64,000 nt of DNA, from assembly GCA_963716395.1 (NCBI GenBank), contig OY970309.1, positions 160,001-224,000 of the forward strand, given 5' to 3'. Positions 46,515 through 55,175 of the stretch are shown here, piece after piece (positions within the stretch are counted from its first letter, which is position 1; each line of letters begins with the position of its first letter). Source of the DNA: an uncultured Fibrobacteria bacterium. GTDB taxonomy: Bacteria; Fibrobacterota; Fibrobacteria; UBA11236. The position numbers and the translations under genes were made by a program. The notes under the pieces are model-generated. The model ran no database searches. It had not been told where the DNA came from and worked only from the letters and a program-made list of their open reading frames with translations.

Positions 46515-48016
46515 CGCCGCTCGAACCGGGACACCGTGAAACGTTCCGTGTGTTTGTGGCGCAGAGGTTGGGGTTGCAGTTCGATGATTCCAAGCGCGAT
46601 TTTCTCGAAGACGCGTTGCGCCTGAGGGCCGAGGCCACCGGAGGGGACGTCGCGTCTTATTTGCGGGCCCTGGAAGCCGGTTCTGCGGCGGAAGAAATCG
46701 GTAAGTTGGCCGAATTACTGACGGTAACGGAAACCTTTTTCTTCCGCAACGGGGATCATTTCCGCGCCTTGATCGAAGCTGTCTTACCCGAAAGGATGCG
46801 GGCGCGTGCGGCCGTGCGCCGCCTGCGGCTGCTGTCGGCCGGGTGCGCGTCGGGAGAAGAGGCCTACACCTTGGCCATGGTGCTGCGGGATCACTTTCCC
46901 GAACTGGCAGCGTGGGACGTGCGCATTGTAGCGGTAGACATGAATCCGGCCATGCTCGAAAAGGCCGCGGCGGGGATCTATTCCCCTTGGGCGTTGCGCA
47001 GCACCGCCGCGCCCGTGATCGCGCGCCACTTCCGTCCCCGCGGCCGCCATTTTCAAATCGCCGCCGGCATTCAGGCCACGACGGATTTTGCCGCGTGCAA
47101 CCTGGCCGACCCCGAAGCGGATTTCTGGAAGGCGCGCCACGGCTTCGACGTGGTCTTCGCGCGCAACATGCTCATGTATTTCACGCCCGAGGCCTCCCGG
47201 CGCTGCGTGGCCCGTCTGGCCGCGAGCATGGTACCCGGTGGTTATTTGTTTTTGGGCCACGCCGAAACCCTGCGCGGTTTGTCGCAGGATTTCCACCTGC
47301 GTCACACGCATGATACCTTTTATTATCAACGCCCCGACGGCGACGCCCTCCCCTCGTCCACCTTTGCGGTCACGCATTCCACGCCGCCGGCTTTCGAGCC
47401 TCCGGCATGGAACGGATCGGACGCGTGGGTGGAAGTCATCCAGCGCGCCTCGGATAGAATCGCCGGTCTCGCGGCCCGCACGCCGGCGGCGGCCCCCGCA
47501 ACCCCGGCGGCGGCGCCGGCCTGGGATTTGAGCCTGGCCTTGGATTGCCTGCGGCGCGAGCGCTTCGCCGAGGCCCTTGAAGCCTTGCGGCGCCTGCCCA
47601 TCGAAGCCGCGGACGATCCCGACGCCCAGCTTTTGCGCGCGGTGCTGCTGACCAATATCGGCGAGCGGGCCGAGGCTGAATCCGTCTGTCGCAGCCTGTT
47701 GCGGGCGGATGAGATGCACGCGGGTGCCCATTACCTGATGGCGCTGTGCCGCGAATTGGCCGGCGACCGTGCGGCGGCCGCAGAACACGATCGCGCCGCC
47801 GTGTACCTCGACCCGGCCTTCGCCATGCCCTGGCTGCATCTGGGCCTTTTGGCCAAGCATGCCGGGCGCGCGGAAGAAGCGCGCCACCATTTGGATCAAG
47901 CGCTGGCACTGCTGGCCACGGAAGACCCCGCACGCATCCTGCTGTTCGGCGGAGGCTTCGGCCGCGAAGCCCTGGCCCAGCTTTGCCGCAGCGAAAGCCG
48001 GAGCGACGAGTCCTAA
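46511..48016 (+). CDS. cheR: CheR methyltransferase with C-terminal TPRs (WspC/FrzF-like)
   Basis: 'LTVTETFFFRN', 'SAGCASGEEAYTL', 'FDVVFARNMLMYF', 'GGYLFLGHAE', TPR 'AVYLDPAFA'; GTGA overlap sets the start. Confidence 0.9.
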   Translation: MTPLEPGHRETFRVFVAQRLGLQFDDSKRDFLEDALRLRAEATGGDVASYLRALEAGSAAEEIGKLAELLTVTETFFFRNGDHFRALIEAVLPERMRARAAVRRLRLLSAGCASGEEAYTLAMVLRDHFPELAAWDVRIVAVDMNPAMLEKAAAGIYSPWALRSTAAPVIARHFRPRGRHFQIAAGIQATTDFAACNLADPEADFWKARHGFDVVFARNMLMYFTPEASRRCVARLAASMVPGGYLFLGHAETLRGLSQDFHLRHTHDTFYYQRPDGDALPSSTFAVTHSTPPAFEPPAWNGSDAWVEVIQRASDRIAGLAARTPAAAPATPAAAPAWDLSLALDCLRRERFAEALEALRRLPIEAADDPDAQLLRAVLLTNIGERAEAESVCRSLLRADEMHAGAHYLMALCRELAGDRAAAAEHDRAAVYLDPAFAMPWLHLGLLAKHAGRAEEARHHLDQALALLATEDPARILLFGGGFGREALAQLCRSESRSDES

Positions 48017-48546
48017 TGCCGGCCGCCTCGGATTACGCCGAAAAAGCCCGTGTTCTGAAGGAGGAGTTCGATCACTCCTTTTCGCTTCCGGTGCGCGCGG
48101 CCGGATCCGACACCGAAGACATGCTGGCCGTGCGCGCGCGCAGCCGTTACGCCCTACGCATACGGGAAATCGGCGGCCTGTGGGGAATGCGTAAAATCCT
48201 GCCGATGCCGGGTGCGCCGGCCGCCTTTCTGGGTTTGTGCGGAATTCGCGGTTTGGTGGTGCCGGTGTGGGATTTGGGCGCGCTGCTCGGACATGAATCC
48301 GCTCACGGCGAACAGCGCTGGCTGATCGGCGGTCCCGGCGCAGCCCCATGGGCGCTGGCCTGCGAGGAATTCGAAGGATACTTTCGCGTGCCCCGCGCCG
48401 AGGTGCACACCGCCGCCGGCGGGACCGGCGCTTTTTCCGAAGAGAGTTGTCCGCTCGGCGGCATCAGCCGCCCGGTGCTGCGGTTGCAGCAAGTACTGGA
48501 AGCGGTGCGGAGAATTTCCCCATCATCCCTGACAAGGAGGGCCTGA
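48016..48546 (+). CDS. cheW: Second CheW-like protein (WspD-like)
   Basis: '[17 protein letters not shown]'; TAATG coupling to cheR. Confidence 0.8.
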   Translation: MPAASDYAEKARVLKEEFDHSFSLPVRAAGSDTEDMLAVRARSRYALRIREIGGLWGMRKILPMPGAPAAFLGLCGIRGLVVPVWDLGALLGHESAHGEQRWLIGGPGAAPWALACEEFEGYFRVPRAEVHTAAGGTGAFSEESCPLGGISRPVLRLQQVLEAVRRISPSSLTRRA

Positions 48547-48548
48547 TC

Positions 48549-50033
48549 ATGCGCAATTCCTGGACCTTTGGAAAAAAAGTGGCGGCGGGTTTCGCCGCCG
48601 TGGTGCTGATCGCCGTTCTGGCCGGGTTGGTTTCCATCGATAAGCTTGAGAACGTGGTGGAGGCGAAGGATCGCGTGCTCGACACCAATGCCCGCAACAT
48701 GGTCGACGGCGAAAACCTGCGGGCGGCCGCCGAATGGCAGGTGGCCGCCTTGCGGGGATTTCTGCTGGCCCGCGACGAAAAATTCGTCAAAACGGCGCAG
48801 GACGCGCAGCAGGAATTCGCCGAAGTGCTGCAACGACTGGATGCGCGCGCCACCACCGACGAAGGCCGCCAAATGCTGCAGGCGATTCGCCAAAGCGACG
48901 GCGAATATCAGGCCGCCGGCGACAAGCTCGTCGCTTTGCGCCGCACCGACTCCAAACTGGATGCGGTGGAGCAGATCTTTGAGCAGGAATTGCAGCCGCT
49001 GCGCGACCAACTCAAAGCGAAGATCCAGCAATTTCTCGACCGCGAAGGCCAGCAGTTGCTCGCGGGAAAGCAGACGTCGAACCGCACCGCGGAAAACGCC
49101 GTGCGGCTGCTGATCGGCATGCTGGTACTGACCGCGCTGCTGGCCGTGGGCGTGGCGGTTTTTCTGACCCGCACCCTGACGCGCCAAATCGGGGCCGCCG
49201 TGCATCACGTGCAGAGTTCGTCTTCGGAATTGCAAGCGGCGGCCAACCAGCAATCCACGGGCGCCAAGGAGCAGTCCACTTCCATGAACGAGATCTCCAC
49301 CACCATCAGCGAATTGCTGGCAACCTCGCGGCAAATCGCCGAAAGCTCCCAGCGCGTGGCGCATATCGCCGGCGAAACCGCGCAGGCCGCGGGCCAGGGT
49401 GATCTCACCGTGCAGAAAACCCAGGAATCCATCGCCGCCATCCGTCGCCAGGTCGACGTCATTGTGACCCACATGCTCGACTTGGGCCGCAAGTCGCAGC
49501 AGATCGGCGGCATTCTGGAAATCATCAATGAGCTGTCGGAACAGACCAATATTCTGGCCATCAACGCCTCGGTCGAAGCCGCGGGCGCGGGTGAGTCGGG
49601 ACGCCGCTTCGGCGTGGTGGCCGACGAAATCCGCAAACTCGCCGATCGCGTGGGCGGATCCACCAAGGAAATCCGCTCTCTGATCGAAGAGGTACGCACG
49701 GCCGTAAACACCACGGTGATGGCCACCGAAAGCGGCGCCAAGGCCGCGGAGTCGGGGACCCGGCAATTCGCCGAAGTGGCTTCGGCGTTCCAACGCATTG
49801 CGGGGCTGGTGGGCACATCGACCGAAGCGGCGCGCGAAATCGAACTTTCGACCAAGCAACAAGCCACGGCCGTCGAACAGGTGAACGTGGCCATCTCGAA
49901 TGTGGCCCAGGCCACCAAGGAAACCGAAGCCAGCTCCAGCCAGACCCTGCAAACCGCGATGCAACTCACCGCGTTGTCCCGCGAGCTGGGGCGGATTGTG
50001 CAGGCTTCCCCCGAACTTGCCGCGCGGGTTTGA
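48549..50033 (+). CDS. Methyl-accepting chemotaxis protein (WspA-like)
   Basis: Two TMs flanking a helical sensor; hairpin tip '[35 protein letters not shown]'; AGGAGG RBS. Confidence 0.92.
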   Translation: MRNSWTFGKKVAAGFAAVVLIAVLAGLVSIDKLENVVEAKDRVLDTNARNMVDGENLRAAAEWQVAALRGFLLARDEKFVKTAQDAQQEFAEVLQRLDARATTDEGRQMLQAIRQSDGEYQAAGDKLVALRRTDSKLDAVEQIFEQELQPLRDQLKAKIQQFLDREGQQLLAGKQTSNRTAENAVRLLIGMLVLTALLAVGVAVFLTRTLTRQIGAAVHHVQSSSSELQAAANQQSTGAKEQSTSMNEISTTISELLATSRQIAESSQRVAHIAGETAQAAGQGDLTVQKTQESIAAIRRQVDVIVTHMLDLGRKSQQIGGILEIINELSEQTNILAINASVEAAGAGESGRRFGVVADEIRKLADRVGGSTKEIRSLIEEVRTAVNTTVMATESGAKAAESGTRQFAEVASAFQRIAGLVGTSTEAAREIELSTKQQATAVEQVNVAISNVAQATKETEASSSQTLQTAMQLTALSRELGRIVQASPELAARV

Positions 50034-52061
50034 ATGACGCGAAAAGATCCGTATCAATATTTCCGCATCGAAGCGCGGGAACTGTGCGACGGCCTGAGCC
50101 GGGGCGTGCTGGAGTTGGAAAAGGCCGGCGCCTCCCGGGAATTGACGGCGCGCCTGTTGCGTCAGGCCCATACCTTGAAGGGCGCCGCGCGCGTGGTCAA
50201 GCTGGCCGGCGTGGCCGAACTCGCGCACGCGGTGGAAGATGCCTTGGCGCCTTATCGTGAAAGCGCCAACGCCGTTCCCCGCGACGCGGTCGACGGGCTT
50301 TTGAAATTGACCGACGCCCTCGCGGCCAGGCTGGTGGAACTCGACGCCCCGGCCGTTCCGTCAGCGCGTCCTGAGGCGCAGGCCGCGGCGCCCACGCCTC
50401 GATCCGGCACCGTGCGCCTCGAAGTGGGAGAAGTCGACACCGTACTCGAGCGGCTTTCCGAAGCGGCCACGGGTCTGGCGGCGCTGCGCGCCGCCGTTGC
50501 GGCGCTGCAGCCGGCGCGCCGTCTGGCACAGCGGCTGGCGGAAGAAGAAACGAACGGATCCGCCGCGAAACTGCGCGCGCCGGCGCAGGAGATCACCGCC
50601 GCCTTGGATCGCTTTTGCCGCGCGGCCCCCGTCGCTTTGGATCAAACCGAGCGCGAAGTGCTACAAGCGCATGAACGCGCCGGCCGCCTGCGTCTGTTGC
50701 AGGCCGGAGCCGGGTTCGACTTTTTGGAGCGCGCCGCGCGCGACGCCGCCGCGCTGTTGGGAAAGCAGGTGCGTTTCGAAGCCGTTGGCGGCGATCACCG
50801 CCTCGACGCTCCCGTGCTGTCGGCGCTGCAAGACGCCTTGCTGCACCTGGTACGCAACGCCGTGGCCCACGGGCTCGAGGCGGCAGCGGCGCGCGCGACC
50901 GCGGGCAAGCCCGCCGCAGGGTTAGTGCGCATCGAAGCGATGCGGCGCGGGGGTCGCGTTGTCTTTTCCTGCCGCGACGACGGGCGCGGCCTCGACACTG
51001 CCGCCATCCGCCGGGCCGCCATCTCCCGCGGCAAGCTGCCGGCTTCGGCGCCCGATCCCTTGGGCGTCGAAGCCGCCGCGCAACTGCTTCTGCGCGGAGG
51101 CGTGAGTACCACTGGCGAAGTCACCGAAGTCTCGGGACGCGGCGTAGGCCTGGACGCGGTGCGCGAAGCCGTGGAACGGCTGCACGGCGAAATCCGCATC
51201 ACCAGCGAACCGGAACGCGGCACCACAGTGGAAATCGAAGTGCCGTATTCCCTCTCCACTTTTCCGGCGCTGGCCGTGACCGTCGACGGCATTCCGGCCC
51301 TGATTCCCTTCGAGGGTGTGCGCCGCGCCGTGCGCATCGCCGACGCCGACGTGGCCCGATCTCCCGGCGGCGACACGGTGCGGTTCGAGTCGGCCGCCTT
51401 GCCTTTCCTGCCTTTGCGCGTCGCCTGGGGGCGCCCGCGGGACGGGGCCGGCGGCGCGCATCCGGCGGTGGTGGTGCAGGCGGCCGCAGGCATGGCGGTG
51501 GTGGCCGTGGATCAAATTCTGGGCGTGCGCGAAACCGTGGCCCGGCCGCTGCCGGAGTTGGCTCCCGCCGACGCCGTGGCGGCCGGCGCCGCCCTGGATG
51601 TGGAAGGCAACCCCTGCCTGGTGCTCGACCCCGAAGCCCTGGTGCGCGCGGCGCGCGCGCGGGGCGGCGAAAGCGCGGCTCCGGCGGCGCGGGAACGTCA
51701 ACCAATTCTGGTGGTCGACGATTCGCTGACCACGCGCATGCTGGAACAAAGCATCCTGGAATCGGCCGGCTACGCCGTCGAGGTCGCGGTTTCGGCCGAA
51801 GAGGGCTTGGCCAAGGCGCGCCGCAAGCGCTACGGGTTGTTTTTGGTCGACGTGGAAATGCCGGGCATGAACGGCTTCGAACTGTTGGAAACCTTACGCG
51901 GCGACGCGGCCCTGCGCGACATTCCCGCTTTGCTGGTGACCTCGCGCGCTTCGTCCGAAGATCGGCAACGGGGCGCCGCCGCGGGCGCGCGCGACTATAT
52001 CGTCAAAGGCGAATTCGATCAGGCCCGCCTGCTCGGGCGCATCCGGGAGTTGCTGGGATGA
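50034..52061 (+). CDS. cheA: Hybrid CheA (Hpt-HATPase-CheW-REC; WspE/FrzE-like)
   Basis: 'AHTLKGAAR', 'HLVRNAVAHG', 'DDGRG', 'SGRGVGLDAV', REC 'VVDDS...VDVEMP'. Confidence 0.92.
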   Translation: MTRKDPYQYFRIEARELCDGLSRGVLELEKAGASRELTARLLRQAHTLKGAARVVKLAGVAELAHAVEDALAPYRESANAVPRDAVDGLLKLTDALAARLVELDAPAVPSARPEAQAAAPTPRSGTVRLEVGEVDTVLERLSEAATGLAALRAAVAALQPARRLAQRLAEEETNGSAAKLRAPAQEITAALDRFCRAAPVALDQTEREVLQAHERAGRLRLLQAGAGFDFLERAARDAAALLGKQVRFEAVGGDHRLDAPVLSALQDALLHLVRNAVAHGLEAAAARATAGKPAAGLVRIEAMRRGGRVVFSCRDDGRGLDTAAIRRAAISRGKLPASAPDPLGVEAAAQLLLRGGVSTTGEVTEVSGRGVGLDAVREAVERLHGEIRITSEPERGTTVEIEVPYSLSTFPALAVTVDGIPALIPFEGVRRAVRIADADVARSPGGDTVRFESAALPFLPLRVAWGRPRDGAGGAHPAVVVQAAAGMAVVAVDQILGVRETVARPLPELAPADAVAAGAALDVEGNPCLVLDPEALVRAARARGGESAAPAARERQPILVVDDSLTTRMLEQSILESAGYAVEVAVSAEEGLAKARRKRYGLFLVDVEMPGMNGFELLETLRGDAALRDIPALLVTSRASSEDRQRGAAAGARDYIVKGEFDQARLLGRIRELLG

Positions 52062-53116
52062 ACCGCCTCCGCGTGCTAGTGGTCGAAGATTCGCTGACCG
52101 TGCGCAAGCGCATCGTGGAAGTGCTAACGGCGCAGCCCGATTTTGAAGTCGTGGGCGAAGCCGCAGACGGCAAAAAAGGCATTGAACTTTGCCAAAGCCT
52201 GCGCCCCCATGCCGTCACGCTCGACATGATGATGCCGGTGCTGAGCGGGTTGGCCGCCACCGAATACATCATGGCCTATTGCCCCACCCCCATCCTGATC
52301 GTGTCGGCTTCAACCAATCGCGGCGAGTTGTTCAAAACCTACGATGCCCTGGCGGCCGGGGCGTTGGACGTGCTCGACAAGCCCACCGGCGCGGAGTCGG
52401 ACGCGGCCTGGGAGCAAAAACTGGTTTCCACGCTGCGCCTCATCGCACGCATCAAGGTGATCACGCATCCGCGCGCGCGCCTGAGCCGCCGCATGGCCGC
52501 ACCTCCAACCGCGCCGCCCGCACCGGCAGGCCGCACGGCGCGCGCCTGCGCCGTGGTCATGGGCGCGTCCACCGGCGGGCCGGGAGCCGTGCTGGAAATT
52601 TTGAAAAGCCTGCCGGCGACATTTCCGCTTCCCATTCTGCTCGTCATCCATTTGGGCAAAACCTTCGGGACCGCCTTCGCCGAATGGCTGGACGCCGAGT
52701 CTCCCTTGCGTGTGGCCTTCGCGCAAGACGGTGAACGCCTGCCGCCGCCCGGAACCGGCCGCGTAATTCTGGCCCCGCCCGATGAACATCTCGAAGTGCG
52801 CGACGGCCGCCTGTGGCGCAGCCGGGCTCCGGAGCGTTTTTCCTGCCGACCCTCGGTCGACGTGCTTTTCGAATCCGCCGCCCGCGAATTGGGGGCGGCC
52901 ACAGTAGGCTGCCTGCTGACCGGCATGGGGCGCGACGGCGCCGAAGGCCTGCTGGCGCTGCGCCGGGCCGGGGCCATGACGGTGGCGCAGGACGAGGAAA
53001 CCTGCGTGGTATTCGGCATGCCGCGCGAGGCCATTCTGCTCGGGGCCGCGGGCAAAATTCTCCCCTTGTCCGGCGTTGCGCCTTTTCTGATCGATGTGAC
53101 GCGAGAGCCCGCATGA
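52058..53116 (+). CDS. cheB: Protein-glutamate methylesterase response regulator
   Basis: N-terminal REC; 'GASTGGP', 'VIH', 'RPSVDVLF', 'LLTGMGRDGA'. Confidence 0.93.
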   Translation: MNRLRVLVVEDSLTVRKRIVEVLTAQPDFEVVGEAADGKKGIELCQSLRPHAVTLDMMMPVLSGLAATEYIMAYCPTPILIVSASTNRGELFKTYDALAAGALDVLDKPTGAESDAAWEQKLVSTLRLIARIKVITHPRARLSRRMAAPPTAPPAPAGRTARACAVVMGASTGGPGAVLEILKSLPATFPLPILLVIHLGKTFGTAFAEWLDAESPLRVAFAQDGERLPPPGTGRVILAPPDEHLEVRDGRLWRSRAPERFSCRPSVDVLFESAARELGAATVGCLLTGMGRDGAEGLLALRRAGAMTVAQDEETCVVFGMPREAILLGAAGKILPLSGVAPFLIDVTREPA

Positions 53117-55107
53117 AGCCGCAGGTATTGATCGTCGACGACAGCGTTACGGTGCGCATGGATTTGCTGGATGCGATGGAAGAGGCCGGCTTTTCGGCCT
53201 GCCCCTGCGCGACCTTGGGGGCGGCCCGCGAGGCGCTGGCGCACCGCGATTTCGATCTGGTTATTCTCGACGTGCTTTTGCCCGACGGAGACGGCGTGGA
53301 ATTTCTCAGGGAGCTGAAATTCATGCCTTCGACCAAGGATTTGCCCGTCATGCTGCTGTCCTCGGAAGACGAGGTGCGCGATCGCATCCGCGGATTGAAA
53401 ACCGGAGCCGACGAATATCTGGGCAAGCCCTACGACCCGGCGCAGGTGGTGTCACGGGCGCGCGAGCTGACGCGGCGTCGGCAACCCGCCGAGCGGGAAA
53501 AGCCCCTGGTGCTGATCATCGACGACAGCGGCACGTTCCGCGCCGCACTGCATGAGTTGTTGGAAAACGCGGGGTACGAAGCGGCGCAGGCGGAGAGCGG
53601 AGAAGAAGGGTTGCGCCGCGCGGCCGATTTGCGGCCCGACGCCCTGATCGTCGACGGCCTCCTGCCCGGTATGAACGGCATGGACGTCATTCGCGGGGTG
53701 CGCGGCGACGCGGCCCTGCGGCGTACACCCTGCCTGCTTCTGACGGCCTCCATGGCCCGCGAAGAAGAACGCCAAGCCCTGGAAGCCGGCGCCGACCTGT
53801 TCGTGTCGAAAAACGAAGATCAAGACGTCATCCTCGCCAAGCTCAAAGCGCTGGTGCGGCCGGGCCGCCCCCGCCCGCTGGCCGCCGACGACAGCCTACT
53901 CGGGCCCAAACGCGTGCTGGCCGTCGACGACAGCCTGACCTACCTCGCAGAACTCTCCGATCAATTGCGGAACGAAGGCTATGACGTGGTGTCGGCCCGA
54001 TCCGGCGAAGAAGCCCTGGAACTCCTGCCGGTGCAGCCCGTCGACGCCATTCTGCTCGACGTCATCATGCCCGGGATTTCGGGAAAAGAGCTGTGCCGCG
54101 TCATCAAGTCGAACCCGGCTTGGCGCGACATTCCCCTGCTCATGTTGACCGCGCTGGAGGAACGCGAAGCCCTGCTCGAAGGCATCAATGCCGGCGCCGA
54201 CGACTATATCACCAAGTCGAGCCGCTTCGACGTGCTCACGGCCCGGCTCAAGGCGCAGTTGCGCCGGCGCCAGTTTGAAGATGAGAACCGCAAGTTTCGC
54301 GAAGAATTGCTGCGACGCGAAATGGAAGCCGTGGAGATGCAAGCCGTCAAAGAACTGGCGGAAACACGCGCGGCCCACATCGCCGCGCTGGAGCGAAAAA
54401 ACGAAGAGTTGAAACAGGCCAAAGAGGCCGCCGACGTCCTGGCCAAAGAACTCGAATCGTTCAGCTATTCGGTGTCGCACGATCTGCGCGCGCCGCTGCG
54501 CAGCATCGACGGCTTCAGTCAACTGCTGGAGGAAAAGCACAGCTCGCAGTTCGACGACGAAGCGCGGCATTTGCTGGATCGGGTCCGGCAGGCCGCCCGC
54601 CGCATGGGGGAACTCATCGAAGACATGCTCGGCCTGGCGCGTGTGACCCGCAAAGAGCTGCAACTGCGGCCGGTGGATCTCAGCGCGCTGGCCGGCGAAG
54701 TGCTCGCCGAGTTGCAGCGGCGCGATGCGGATCGCCGGGTGGAAGTAAGGATTCAGGCCGATCTGGTCGCCCGCGGCGATTCCGGCCTGCTGCGGATTCT
54801 GCTCGATAATTTGCTCGGCAACGCCTGGAAGTTCACCTCCAAAACCCCGGAAGCGCGCATCTCCTTCGGACGTGAACCCGCGGCCGAAGGCAAAACCTGT
54901 TTTGCCATCCGGGACAACGGCGCCGGATTCGACATGGCGTATGCGCGCAAACTTTTCGGAGTGTTCCAACGCCTGCATTCGGCGCAGGAATTCGCCGGCA
55001 CCGGCGTGGGGCTGGCCACGGTGCAACGTGTGATCCAGCGTCACGGCGGAAAAGTGTGGGCCGACGGCAAACCCGGCGCGGGCGCCGCTTTTTATTTCTG
55101 TCTGTAA
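53113..55107 (+). CDS. Cytoplasmic hybrid histidine kinase REC-REC-REC-HisKA-HATPase
   Basis: Three receivers (LDVLLP, VDGLLP, LDVIMP), coiled coil, 'SVSHDLRAPL', 'NLLGNAWKF', 'DNGAGF', 'GTGVGL'; ATGA coupling to cheB. Confidence 0.9.
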   Translation: MKPQVLIVDDSVTVRMDLLDAMEEAGFSACPCATLGAAREALAHRDFDLVILDVLLPDGDGVEFLRELKFMPSTKDLPVMLLSSEDEVRDRIRGLKTGADEYLGKPYDPAQVVSRARELTRRRQPAEREKPLVLIIDDSGTFRAALHELLENAGYEAAQAESGEEGLRRAADLRPDALIVDGLLPGMNGMDVIRGVRGDAALRRTPCLLLTASMAREEERQALEAGADLFVSKNEDQDVILAKLKALVRPGRPRPLAADDSLLGPKRVLAVDDSLTYLAELSDQLRNEGYDVVSARSGEEALELLPVQPVDAILLDVIMPGISGKELCRVIKSNPAWRDIPLLMLTALEEREALLEGINAGADDYITKSSRFDVLTARLKAQLRRRQFEDENRKFREELLRREMEAVEMQAVKELAETRAAHIAALERKNEELKQAKEAADVLAKELESFSYSVSHDLRAPLRSIDGFSQLLEEKHSSQFDDEARHLLDRVRQAARRMGELIEDMLGLARVTRKELQLRPVDLSALAGEVLAELQRRDADRRVEVRIQADLVARGDSGLLRILLDNLLGNAWKFTSKTPEARISFGREPAAEGKTCFAIRDNGAGFDMAYARKLFGVFQRLHSAQEFAGTGVGLATVQRVIQRHGGKVWADGKPGAGAAFYFCL

Positions 55108-55175
55108 ACCCGAATGCGTTCGGCCCGGCTTATGCCAGGCCTCCGCCGCTCGGCGGCTGCCGGCCAGGCGGCGGC

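Noticed and set aside
46784-50228. Long minus-strand ORFs (521 and 641 aa) over the chemosensory operon
   Set aside because: Shadow ORFs opposite well-supported cheR and MCP genes.
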